From Amphiscolops sp. MND2022 (lineage: Eukaryota), in contig OZ076409.1 in the NCBI GenBank assembly GCA_964187785.1, positions 96,102,001-96,166,000 on the forward strand: 64,000 nt of DNA, written 5' to 3'. This document shows, in pieces, positions 1 to 10,984 of this stretch. Under the pieces are notes generated by a model. That model worked only from the letters and a program-made list of their open reading frames with translations, was not told the DNA's origin and made no database searches. The position numbers and the translations under genes are program-made. Numbering within the stretch: position 1 is the first letter of the stretch; each line of letters begins with the position of its first letter.

Positions 1-3000
1 GGTCAGTATCAGGATTGTTGATAAGGGAAGGGGTGGAATGATAATGTTTAATGTATGGGAAAATTATGGGTTCTTTAGGGTAGTATGGCAAAATATGATT
101 TCGATGAGTTTGAAATGTAGAGCCATCTTGTGAAAGAAGTTCATATGTTACTTCAGAAAGATGTTTAAGGATTTTATATGGGCCAATTCGAAGAGGTTTA
201 AGTTTGTTTGAAAAAGTAACTGGTTTAAAGTTTGTATGTATAACGAAGGTATTAAGAGGTAGTTGTTTCAAATGGGTAGTTTCAAATGTAGAACTTTGAG
301 AATTGAGTTTGTGATTTATATGACGGTGAACAGTTGAATATATTTCTAACATTGCGGTTTCAGCTGCTAAAAGCCACGAGGAGATGGGTTTGTCAAGAAG
401 GGAATGAAAAAATGGGTTAAGGTTTTGAGTACTATAATGTGAATGAGGAGGAAGAGATTCACAATAAGTTGCAATACATTGTTTTTGAGCATCTCGAGGT
501 AAATTAAGGGAAAAGGTAAGAGGTATGCGAGGATGGGTGTGAAAAACGATTTGATATGGAGAAAGTTTAGGCTGAGAAAGAGGTGTTGTATTATGAGCAT
601 ATGCATACATTTGGGTTTGAAATGACCAGTTAGTAGGAGGATTTTGTAAAAATATTCGAAGGTGAGTTCCAAGATTTCTATTTTGGACTTCGACCAAACC
701 ATTGGTCCATGGTGAATAGGGAGTTCGAGGTGAATGGTTAATATGAAAGAGAGAACAAAGATGAGCCATGTCTTGATTAATATATTCGGTACCTCGATCT
801 GTGACAAGATATTGAGGGGGACCAAATTTTGTGATCCAATGATGGAGAAGAGTTTGAATTGCGTATTTTGAATTAATGTTAGGAGCTGGGTTAGTAACAA
901 CGAAGTGACTAAATGCATCAATAATAACAAAAATATAGGAGTTGTTTTGAGAAGATGGGGAAATAGGACCTTTGGTGTCCATAGAAATACGGTAATTGAA
1001 GTGAGTAGCGTTTTCATAAAAAGGAAGGGGAGGAGAAATATTTTGTGGTTTAATTGGAAAATGCTTATTTGTCTGGCAGTCAATACAATCATGAATAAAG
1101 ATTGAAAACCATAAAGGTAGATGGGGAATAAAATAGAATTGGTTAAAAGTTTTAATAGAAAGTTTTTCACCGGAGTGGCCATGAGAATGTGTTTTACTGA
1201 ATGCGGCATAGAAAAGTTTAAATGGTAAACATATACGTGTCTGGTTAATAGAGGGTTGAGTTTTAATAAAAATTTCTTCAAAAATTCGAGAATTGGGAGT
1301 ATAATATTGAATGAGGTGAGAGGTTGGGTCTATATATAGGTGTTGGAATTGTTTATAATATGTATATAAAAAGGAATTTGCTTTAATAATTGGGGTCAAG
1401 GAGTGAGGTTTCTGTTTTTGTTTTAACCATGTATATACCGTAAAAAGAACAGGATCATCCTTTTGAGCTTGAAGTAAAATGGGTAATGTTAATAAGGTGT
1501 CAGAAGGAAGGAAAAAATTATCAAATGCCTTACGGTGGGCAAAGAAGGAAGGGTCAAAAAATGGCAAAGATTGAGTATTGATGGTTTTTGGGGAAGTTGG
1601 TGTTATAGCGTTACTGTGTAGAGTATGGTTAATAATAGGAGGGGAGTTTATAAAGTTGGTTAAAATATCGTGTGACAAGGTAATATCGTTAAAATAGTGA
1701 TGTTGTGCTTCTGTAAAAAGAGTGTGAAGTTGATGAGGTGTTTGTGAAGATTGCTGAGGAATTCGTTTAAGAACAGGATCGTCTGTGTCATATAAATCAG
1801 TTTCGTTTAAAAGAGGGTTTTCTTGAAGAAGAGTTTTAACTTTGTTTTTGACTGGTTTTTTGTATTTATTTAAGAATGAGGAAACAGATTGAAATGAAAA
1901 GGAGTCAAGAGGAGTATATTTAACAACATTGCCTTTATCTTGAATACGAAGCGTAAATTGATCATCACCATAATCGGCTAATATTAAGTGAGAATCATTT
2001 TTTTGTGTAGGAAGGACATCTTCATGTTTTACAAGATAATGAACAGGTTTCAAAATATTGTTTTGTTTGAGTTGTAGAAAATCAATATGAGGAGGAAGAG
2101 TTTTATGGTGGAGTTGGCAAGTTTTAGCATTAATAGTTGAGAAATCTCTACTGAGCATGTCAGCGACAGTAAGATTTGTACCAGCGGTGTGAATAATTTG
2201 CAAGTTTGAAAATTTGGTTAATAGCATTTGAGCTTTATACTGTCTAGGAGTGAGGTTACCTTTGCGTGTGAAGAGGAAAAGAATAGGGTTATGATCTGTA
2301 AAAACAGTTATAGGGAATTTGGAGCCAATGATAATAAATTCATATTGGGAAAGAGCAAAAGTAATAGCACAAAGTTCTCTATCATAAGTAGAGAGTTTTT
2401 GTTCTTGGGTTGTTAGAATACGAGAATTATATGAAATAATTTGCATTTTGTTATTGGAATTTGGTTGAAATAAGACTGCGCCTAAACCTATTAAAGAGGC
2501 GTCTACTGTTATGTAAAAAGGATGGGTAGTATTGGGAATAGCAAGTTCTGCATCTTTGGAAAGAGAAAGTTTAATTTGATTGAAGAGTTTGTCTAACTCA
2601 GGAGTCCATTCAAATGAAATGTCATCATGGAGAAGAGTGTAGAAAGGTTTTAAAGAAATATGCAATTTGTTAATGAATTTAGAATAAAAATTCATTGATC
2701 CGATGAAGCGCATTAGTTCAGTTTTGGAAGTAGGTGTTTTTAATTGATGAATAGCATCAATTTTGGAAGAAATGGGTTTAATAGTATTATTGCCAATTTC
2801 ATGGCCAAGAAATTTAACAGTGAGAAGAATATAGAAAGATTTTTCAGGAGCAATTTTAAGATTATTTGTTTGACAAATTTGATGGAGTTGTTCTATTAAA
2901 TTTAACATATGAGGTTTGGTATGGGCAAGAAGAAGGATGTCATCAATATAAACTAGTGCAAAGCCTTGGTCAATAAGTTTTTGGAAAAAGGAATACATTT

Positions 3001-6000
3001 GTTTGGTAAAAAAATTAGGTAGGCCTTTAAGACCATAAAATCCACGAATAAAAGCATAAAGTTTGTCACCGGAGGAGAAACTGGTTAAAGTGATAGTTTC
3101 TTCATCTAATGGAGCGTGAGCATAAGCATACATAAGGTCAATAGCAGATTTAAATTTTTTGTTAGCGCGTGCAAGTTGAGGAGCTAAAGGTTCAATAGGC
3201 CAAGATTCAAAAGATTGATCGGTATTAGAGTTAAGATGACGTGCGTCTAAAACAACTTTAATAGTATCTCCTTTGGGGATAATGATGAGAGGATTTAAAA
3301 ACGTGGTACCATAAATGGATTTATCAGAGGGGTTGGAACCAATTTGGCGAATAATATTGTGTTTTTCTAATTCATCAAGAAGTTTTTTTAATTTTTCCCT
3401 ATAGTGAATGGGAACTTTGGTAGGACGTTGGGTTTGAAGTTTAGCATTGGGTTTAAGGCGAATTCGAAAAGGGGTAGCTATTTGACCAACATCATTTTTA
3501 TGTGTTGCATAGCATGTGCGGTATTTAACAAGAATGGAACACAATTGTAAATATTCTTCATCAGAAACATCTGAATATTGAAATTTGAATTTATTAAGAA
3601 ATTGTTGGGTATCTGGTGAATATGGCAAAGGTGGAAGGGGTCTTGTTAAGATTTGGGAAGGTTGCAAATTATTTATTTCAATTTGAGGATTGCGGAGAGA
3701 AGAACGTCTACGGGGAGGTTTCGGTTCAGAAATATCAGGATAGTAAGAATGAAATATGGAATGTATTAAGGAATTTACATCATTTACTTTATAACGAGAG
3801 GGTTGAATATTTGTGGCAGGAACTTCAATATATCCAATATATCCAGGAGCAAGGGTAGCAGAGTGATGTGTAATATTTTGAATGATGACAGAACATGTTG
3901 AAGGTTCGGTTTTAACATTTTGATAAACTTGGAGGAAATTGAAAGTTGAATTGAAGCGTGTATTAAAAAATGGATGAGGTGTAGAAGGGAATATAACTTC
4001 ATTGTCGGAGGTTTTAAATGTTAGCGGGAGTGTTGGTTGAATAGGAAAATGAATAACTTGCGATGCATTGGGTTTAAAATAAATTTTGTTTTTGACATTA
4101 ATTGTGTATATATATGAAAAATATGGGTAATCTTTTTCCTTATGGGCTGTAAAAGGGAGAGTGTTAATACGAGATTCGTGTGGAGTGTTAAATGTGAGGA
4201 ACATGTTTTCAATATCAAGAGTTTTAACATATTGTTCAAAGAAGGGAGTTCCAAGTATGTTATATTTAATATTTGCGACTGCAAAAGGAATAACAAGGGT
4301 ACGAGTATTTCCATTAAGAGAAGTATGGAGTGTAAGTATTAGATTATGAAGGATGGGTACTTCGGATTTATTAGCAACAGTTAACGTTTTGTATTCGTTT
4401 TGCTGTGGAGGATGTGTTGAACATTTTAAGAAGTGTTCAGCTAAAAAGGTAAAAGTAGGTAAATTTAAAACACAGATGGATGCACCACTGTCAAGAAGAA
4501 ATAAGAGTTCTAGTTTAGAAGGAATGGAGGTATCTTCACTCGGTTTGAAAACGTATAGATTAACGAACCAAGTGGAAGGTGTAATAGCATTTGCTTGTTC
4601 AGAGGAAGTAGAAGAAGATTGGGGCGAGGAGGTATTAGGATGATACATGTTGATTTCAAAAAAGGATTCTGTATGAGAATTTGTTTGAGGAGGTGGTGTA
4701 GAAGGATGTGTGAGATTTATAGAGGGCTTGTACTGAGTTTGAGAATAGTTGTGTGAATTTGAATGAGATCTACTACGATAGCGATCATTACGTGGTTTAG
4801 AAGGAGGACGATAAGGAGAATTATATCTATTGAAGGTAGAGGTGTTAAAATTGGAGGAACGTTCGCGAGAGCGAGGGTAATATTTAGATGGACTGCGAGA
4901 GGAATTAGAGTTATAATATGAGCGTGTAGAAGAATATGATTTATTTTGAGTAGGGTAATAATGTTTATCATATCGAGATCTATCACGATTGTGATAAGGT
5001 GAATATGGTCGGGAGTAGGGTTTAGTATTATACCTGGGACGTGAATGTGAACGTGAATGAGAACGAGATTGATATCGAGTGTCGCGAGAAGATTTGCGAG
5101 GAGGATTACTATAACTTCGACTACGGTGGCGAGAATAGTGAGGTTTATTGGAAGGATTTTTAAAATGTTGATAAAACGTGGGGGTTGGAGATCTAGATTG
5201 TGGTTTTGATTCTTTAAGCATATTGAGACGGCGGAAACAAGTTGAAACAGAGTGATTATTTTTATGGCAAAATGAACAATATTTCTTGAATTGGGGTTTT
5301 GATTTATTATTTGGATCCATAACTTGGACTTGTGGTGGTTCTGGAGGAGAATCTTGAATTGTTGTATTTTGTTGGAAGGTATTAGACAAATTGTTAATTT
5401 CAAGAGAAAGTTCTTGAGTTTTAATTTTTTCAAGAGTTATATCTTCGGAATCAACCATATTAACGAGAGAATGAAATGGGATTGAAGGTTCTAATGAGCT
5501 TGAAATATGTTTAACTTGACGTTTATTAGCGAAGTCTTTTAATTTTTTAGGCAGACCACGGGTAAAAATTTCATTACATTTAAGGTTAATCGTTGAAGGA
5601 TATTCATTGTACCAGCCTTGTTTTACAAGGGTTTCGACTTTAAGAGCGAAATGACGGACATTTTCATTATCCTTTTTAAGAAGAGAAAGGGCTTCAATTT
5701 GAGCATGATATGCGTGTTTTTGGGAATAGAATTGTTTCTTAAAAATTTGAAGGAAAGAAGACCAATCATCTTTATAAACTTGTGGGAGACGGTCATACCA
5801 ATTGGAAGCAGTTCCTGTGAGGGAACAATACAGAAGAGACATTCGGCGAGAATGCCAAGTTAAATATGATTGCAAATCTACAGGTTGAGGTCCAAGTTGA
5901 AATGTAACACGAGCGCTGAGGTGGGCTAAGAATTTTTCAGGAGGATAGGTATGATCTAAGCCATCAAAAAGCTTGATAGGATCGGAAAGGGCAGCAAAAG

Positions 6001-7114
6001 GAACAGAAGGAGTAGTTGGAAAAGGAAATGAAGGATAAGAGGAAGGAGGATTGAATGATAATGTGGAAGTGGGGGGGAGCGAATTAGGATGATTTGGAGG
6101 GGGTTGAAAAGAGTTAGTGGGGAAATTTTGAAAGGTAGGATAAAGAGAAATATAAGGGTTATATGATGTAGATTGGGTTGTAGAAGAAGATGTTTGAAGA
6201 GTAGAATGGTTTTGATTAGAGAAAGATGGAGGATTCTGGGAAAAATTTTGAACAGGCATAGTGGTATTTAAAGAAAGCGGAATTGGGTTTAATGAAGGAA
6301 TTTGGAATGTTGAATGTTGAATGGGATTAGCAATAATAGTAGGTGGGGTGTTAGAAGGGGTTGTATATTGATTGGGTGAATTAGAGAGAGGAGGATTATG
6401 AATCGTTGTGATTTGAGAAGTAGAAGGGGGATTATTGTGATTCAAAGTTGTATCTTGAGGAGTAGGGGGAAAATTATGTTGAGTTGAAGATGAAGTAGGA
6501 TTTGTTGTATTATTTGATGAGGAAGGGAGAGTTTGAATAGAGGCTGTAGAAATAGTTTCATTCGAAGGAGGAATATTGGATGGTTGATAATAAGGGCGAA
6601 TAGGAGGAGAAAGATTGAGGCTTTTATCAATACTATTAGTATCATAGACAAGATATTCAAAATGAGAAGGAGGAAAGTCAAGAAGATTATAATAATGGGG
6701 ATGTTGGTGATCAGGAGTGTCAAGGAAGGGTAGAAGTTCATCAGTGGTGAATTGTTGTGGGAAGTTTTTACAAGCATTTTGAAATTTTGAATGCCAAACT
6801 AGTTGGTAATTATGTCTAAAGAATTTGCGAAGAAAAAGGGAATATATTTGAATTTGTTCTTTGGTATCTTTATTGAGGGTAATATTTTGAAAAAATTGAT
6901 ATTGAAAGTGATGAATTTGGAATATATCTGTGAGAAGCCAATGGTGAGGATTATTTTCAATAGTGCGAAATTGTTCAATATTGGGAAGGTCAAAAAGAGA
7001 TTCCTTTTGAAGAAGTGCTTGAATAGAGGAAGGGTTAAAAACATGATTAGGTAGAAGGTTATTTTTTTCTTGGAGATTGTTTAAAAAAGTTGTAAATACA
7101 TGGGCAACAAGGAA
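1..7114 (-). CDS. Open gag-pol frame of element A (N-truncated Gag copy, PR, RT, RH, IN), running off the window edge; first in-frame ATG at 6259
   Basis: PR, RT and IN motifs fall in the same frame as the duplicated gag copy (codon positions checked at 4490, 2939 and 797). The ORF track lists no fragments in this frame, consistent with no stop before position 1, though not every codon was checked. The frame opens after a TAA at 7115-7117. Confidence 0.85.
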
Positions 7115-9317
7115 TTAGAGTTATAATATGAGCGTGTAGAAGAATATGATTTATTTTGAGTAGGGTAATAATGTTTATCATATCGAGATCTATCACGATT
7201 GTGATAAGGTGAATATGGTCGGGAGTAGGGTTTAGTATTATACCTGGGACGTGAATGTGAACGTGAATGAGAACGAGATTGATATCGAGTGTCGCGAGAA
7301 GATTTGCGAGGAGGATTACTATAACTTCGACTACGGTGGCGAGAATAGTGAGGTTTATTGGAAGGATTTTTAAAATGTTGATAAAACGTGGGGGTTGGAG
7401 ATCTAGATTGTGGTTTTGATTCTTTAAGCATATTGAGACGGCGGAAACAAGTTGAAACAGAGTGATTATTTTTATGGCAAAATGAACAATATTTCTTGAA
7501 TTGGGGTTTTGATTTATTATTTGGATCCATAACTTGGACTTGTGGTGGTTCTGGAGGAGAATCTTGAATTGTTGTATTTTGTTGGAAGGTATTAGACAAA
7601 TTGTTAATTTCAAGAGAAAGTTCTTGAGTTTTAATTTTTTCAAGAGTTATATCTTCGGAATCAACCATATTAACGAGAGAATGAAATGGGATTGAAGGTT
7701 CTAATGAGCTTGAAATATGTTTAACTTGACGTTTATTAGCGAAGTCTTTTAATTTTTTAGGCAGACCACGGGTAAAAATTTCATTACATTTAAGGTTAAT
7801 CGTTGAAGGATATTCATTGTACCAGCCTTGTTTTACAAGGGTTTCGACTTTAAGAGCGAAATGACGGACATTTTCATTATCCTTTTTAAGAAGAGAAAGG
7901 GCTTCAATTTGAGCATGATATGCGTGTTTTTGGGAATAGAATTGTTTCTTAAAAATTTGAAGGAAAGAAGACCAATCATCTTTATAAACTTGTGGGAGAC
8001 GGTCATACCAATTGGAAGCAGTTCCTGTGAGGGAACAATACAGAAGAGACATTCGGCGAGAATGCCAAGTTAAATATGATTGCAAATCTACAGGTTGAGG
8101 TCCAAGTTGAAATGTAACACGAGCGCTGAGGTGGGCTAAGAATTTTTCAGGAGGATAGGTATGATCTAAGCCATCAAAAAGCTTGATAGGATCGGAAAGG
8201 GCAGCAAAAGGAACAGAAGGAGTAGTTGGAAAAGGAAATGAAGGATAAGAGGAAGGAGGATTGAATGATAATGTGGAAGTGGGGGGGAGCGAATTAGGAT
8301 GATTTGGAGGGGGTTGAAAAGAGTTAGTGGGGAAATTTTGAAAGGTAGGATAAAGAGAAATATAAGGGTTATATGATGTAGATTGGGTTGTAGAAGAAGA
8401 TGTTTGAAGAGTAGAATGGTTTTGATTAGAGAAAGATGGAGGATTCTGGGAAAAATTTTGAACAGGCATAGTGGTATTTAAAGAAAGCGGAATTGGGTTT
8501 AATGAAGGAATTTGGAATGTTGAATGTTGAATGGGATTAGCAATAATAGTAGGTGGGGTGTTAGAAGGGGTTGTATATTGATTGGGTGAATTAGAGAGAG
8601 GAGGATTATGAATCGTTGTGATTTGAGAAGTAGAAGGGGGATTATTGTGATTCAAAGTTGTATCTTGAGGAGTAGGGGGAAAATTATGTTGAGTTGAAGA
8701 TGAAGTAGGATTTGTTGTATTATTTGATGAGGAAGGGAGAGTTTGAATAGAGGCTGTAGAAATAGTTTCATTCGAAGGAGGAATATTGGATGGTTGATAA
8801 TAAGGGCGAATAGGAGGAGAAAGATTGAGGCTTTTATCAATACTATTAGTATCATAGACAAGATATTCAAAATGAGAAGGAGGAAAGTCAAGAAGATTAT
8901 AATAATGGGGATGTTGGTGATCAGGAGTGTCAAGGAAGGGTAGAAGTTCATCAGTGGTGAATTGTTGTGGGAAGTTTTTACAAGCATTTTGAAATTTTGA
9001 ATGCCAAACTAGTTGGTAATTATGTCTAAAGAATTTGCGAAGAAAAAGGGAATATATTTGAATTTGTTCTTTGGTATCTTTATTGAGGGTAATATTTTGA
9101 AAAAATTGATATTGAAAGTGATGAATTTGGAATATATCTGTGAGAAGCCAATGGTGAGGATTATTTTCAATAGTGCGAAATTGTTCAATATTGGGAAGGT
9201 CAAAAAGAGATTCCTTTTGAAGAAGTGCTTGAATAGAGGAAGGGTTAAAAACATGATTAGGTAGAAGGTTATTTTTTTCTTGGAGATTGTTTAAAAAAGT
9301 TGTAAATACATGGGCAA
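4900..9317. repeat. Head-to-tail tandem duplication of 2208 bp (4900-7107 and 7110-9317) separated by a 2-nt CA insert
   Basis: Identical ORFs recur at an offset of 2210 (5618/7828, 6442/8652, 6799/9009); junction read directly. Confidence 0.95.
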
Positions 9318-9645
9318 TTGGAATTTTAATATTATTGGGATGGATATTCTTTTGAAAGGTATCACAGTGAGTTGAGGGAGAAGTGAACGGAATAGAAAAT
9401 GGAGGTTCATCCGAAGTAGGAAGAAGTGATTTGGTGTCAATATAATATAAATAAGAATCATGATGTTCACGAATTAGTGGAGTAGTGTAAATATCTTCCG
9501 GGTAGGTTTCAAAAGAAAGAGGAGTGGTTGAATTATAGATAAGATTGTTTAAGAATTGAAGAAGAGTGTGTGAAATGTCACGAGTAATACGATGAGAGGG
9601 GTTTGGGGCGAAAGGAAGGGGGAGAAGGGGATGTGAATCAGTCAT
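7081..9645 (-). CDS. gag: Gag of element A (854 aa), truncated at the duplication junction
   Basis: P/S/T/N-rich region, capsid-like helical region, CSFCHKNNHSVSTC zinc knuckle and RS-rich tail. The last residues (LLPMYLQLF*) are out-of-frame junction sequence. Confidence 0.88.
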   Translation of the reverse strand: MTDSHPLLPLPFAPNPSHRITRDISHTLLQFLNNLIYNSTTPLSFETYPEDIYTTPLIREHHDSYLYYIDTKSLLPTSDEPPFSIPFTSPSTHCDTFQKNIHPNNIKIPIAHVFTTFLNNLQEKNNLLPNHVFNPSSIQALLQKESLFDLPNIEQFRTIENNPHHWLLTDIFQIHHFQYQFFQNITLNKDTKEQIQIYSLFLRKFFRHNYQLVWHSKFQNACKNFPQQFTTDELLPFLDTPDHQHPHYYNLLDFPPSHFEYLVYDTNSIDKSLNLSPPIRPYYQPSNIPPSNETISTASIQTLPSSSNNTTNPTSSSTQHNFPPTPQDTTLNHNNPPSTSQITTIHNPPLSNSPNQYTTPSNTPPTIIANPIQHSTFQIPSLNPIPLSLNTTMPVQNFSQNPPSFSNQNHSTLQTSSSTTQSTSYNPYISLYPTFQNFPTNSFQPPPNHPNSLPPTSTLSFNPPSSYPSFPFPTTPSVPFAALSDPIKLFDGLDHTYPPEKFLAHLSARVTFQLGPQPVDLQSYLTWHSRRMSLLYCSLTGTASNWYDRLPQVYKDDWSSFLQIFKKQFYSQKHAYHAQIEALSLLKKDNENVRHFALKVETLVKQGWYNEYPSTINLKCNEIFTRGLPKKLKDFANKRQVKHISSSLEPSIPFHSLVNMVDSEDITLEKIKTQELSLEINNLSNTFQQNTTIQDSPPEPPQVQVMDPNNKSKPQFKKYCSFCHKNNHSVSTCFRRLNMLKESKPQSRSPTPTFYQHFKNPSNKPHYSRHRSRSYSNPPRKSSRDTRYQSRSHSRSHSRPRYNTKPYSRPYSPYHNRDRSRYDKHYYPTQNKSYSSTRSYYNSNSLLPMYLQLF

Positions 9646-9881
9646 TAGGAGTGTTTACGAGGATGGAAATGGAGCCAAATCCAATCCATAATTACATCAG
9701 GATGAATAGATGGTTCAGTAGGAAGAGGGTGAAAGTACCGGCTGATTTTGAGGGGAAGATAAGTGTAAAAGAAGAGGAAGGAAGGATAAAAACATAGCGA
9801 AGTAGTTATGAGGAAAAGAGAAAGAAAAAGAAGTTGAAAAAGAGCAAGGAGAGGATTGGGGTGAAGAAAGAGGAGGTGCAT
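9645..9881 (-). CDS. uORF3 of element A, 78 aa with a hydrophobic segment; stop overlaps the gag ATG (TAATG)
   Basis: ATG at 9881 (MHLLFLHPNPLLALFQLLFLSLFLITTSLCF...); TAA at 9647-9645 shares a base with the gag ATG at 9645-9643. Confidence 0.4.
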   Translation of the reverse strand: MHLLFLHPNPLLALFQLLFLSLFLITTSLCFYPSFLFFYTYLPLKISRYFHPLPTEPSIHPDVIMDWIWLHFHPRKHS

Positions 9882-9996
9882 ACAAAGGGAGGAAAAGAAG
9901 AATGGGATTAAAGAATGGGAAAGGAGGTAAGAAAAGAAGTGAAAAAATGAAGAAGGTGAGGGGGAAAAGAAAAGGGAAATTGGGAATAAAGGAAGG

Positions 9997-10110
9997 TTAG
10001 TTGAAAAGAGATTGAACGATTTTTTCAATAAGAAGCATTAGAAAGACCATCATGGCAAAGATATAGGAGACGAAAAGAATAATAGTGGCAAGATTTTCGG
10101 TTAGAAACAT
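9997..10110 (-). CDS. uORF2 of element A, 37-aa predicted single-pass membrane peptide
   Basis: Manual translation MFLTENLATIILFVSYIFAMMVFLMLLIEKIVQSLFN*; aligns in register with uORF1. Confidence 0.45.
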   Translation of the reverse strand: MFLTENLATIILFVSYIFAMMVFLMLLIEKIVQSLFN

Positions 10111-10119
10111 ATAGAATTA

Positions 10120-10266
10120 TTAAAGTGAGGAAGTTCTGTATTGGTCAAAAGCGTGAGGAATAAAAGGTAAGATGAATTTGTCAACAAGAAGCAAAACAAT
10201 TGCACAAAGACCAAAAATGTAGAGGAGGATGAGACAAATACAAACGGAGTCGTTCAAAGAAGGCAT
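10120..10266 (-). CDS. uORF1 of element A, 48-aa predicted single-pass membrane peptide
   Basis: MPSLNDSVCICLILLYIFGLCAIVLLLVDKFILPFIPHAFDQYRTSSL*. Confidence 0.45.
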   Translation of the reverse strand: MPSLNDSVCICLILLYIFGLCAIVLLLVDKFILPFIPHAFDQYRTSSL

Positions 10267-10397
10267 TAAATAGTATGGAGAATGGTGAAAAGGAAGTGAG
10301 GTGAAGCAATGTGGGGTTGAAAAGTAGCGGAACAAAAGTGAAAGGGTGAGGATATGAAAGAGGGAAAGTATGAAAAATGGTTAGAAAAGGAAACGGG

Positions 10398-10600
10398 TGT
10401 ACCAGCAAGAGCTGAATCACAAAAGGTGATTAGTACAGAAGAAGAGAGTGTACCAGCACGTAGCTGAATCACAAAAGGTGATTAGTACAGAAAGCTTTAA
10501 TGTACCGACTACTTGGTCGAACCACAATGTGTGATTAGTACAGAAGAAGTATTGAATTTGTACCGACTATGAGGTCGAATCACGTTAGGTGATTAGTACA
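10398..10600 (-). repeat. Four structured leader repeats (predicted three-way junction RNA)
   Basis: Units 10398-10437, 10449-10489, 10501-10542 and 10559-10600: TGTAC-[CAGC..GCTG or CGAC..GTCG]-[AATCAC..GTGATT]-A-GTACA. Confidence 0.85.
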
Positions 10601-10668
10601 GAAGATTTTGGAGTTAAAAGAAAAAGTTAGATTACAAAAGTGATTGTAGAAAAGGAAAGAAACGAAAT

Positions 10669-10678
10669 GGTCGCACCA
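10669..10678 (-). promoter_or_regulatory. Candidate primer-binding site of element A (TGGTGCGACC)
   Basis: TGG-initiated site between the putative LTR and the leader; cognate tRNA not identified. Confidence 0.55.
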
Positions 10679-10984
10679 GTTAAAGTACTTGTTTTGTTCT
10701 TATAGATCAGTGTTACTGAGATGGAGTGTTCAATTGATCTTAGTACTTTAAGAGACACTAACAGAGCTGCAGATATTAGGTCTTAAGGGAAGACAACTGG
10801 TTGGTGAAGAATGAATTTTAGTTGTGTCTAAATCAAAGTGCATTGTACAGAATATTAAGTGGGTACATTAAGTTTACATCTAGAATATTAATCAGATACA
10901 TTGATGAGATGGAGTACATTTATTATGAAGTCTAGAAGTCTAGACATAAGGGGAGTTGGGGGGACGATACAGCACTACACAACA
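10679..10984 (-). repeat. Putative 5' LTR of element A (~306 bp)
   Basis: Starts TGTTGTG on the minus strand and ends at the PBS. The partner LTR is outside the window, so boundaries are unconfirmed. Confidence 0.5.

Larger units (their letters stand above)
1..10984 (-). mobile_element. Ty3/Gypsy LTR retrotransposon A (3' end outside the window)
   Basis: Minus-strand order: Gag (CX2CX4HX4C knuckle), PR (LFLLDSGASIC, ~4490), RT (YIDD, 2939-2950), RNase H (VDAS, ~2500), IN (HSHGH...CIDC, LVTDRGTEY, GPY at ~180). A PBS-like TGG and candidate 5' LTR lie at the right end. Confidence 0.93.

Noticed and set aside
367..7643. Leu/Ile-rich ORFs (367-1281, 4717-5433, 7059-7643) and short plus-strand ORFs
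   Set aside because: They are alternative-frame or antisense shadows of the compositionally biased gag-pol of element A.
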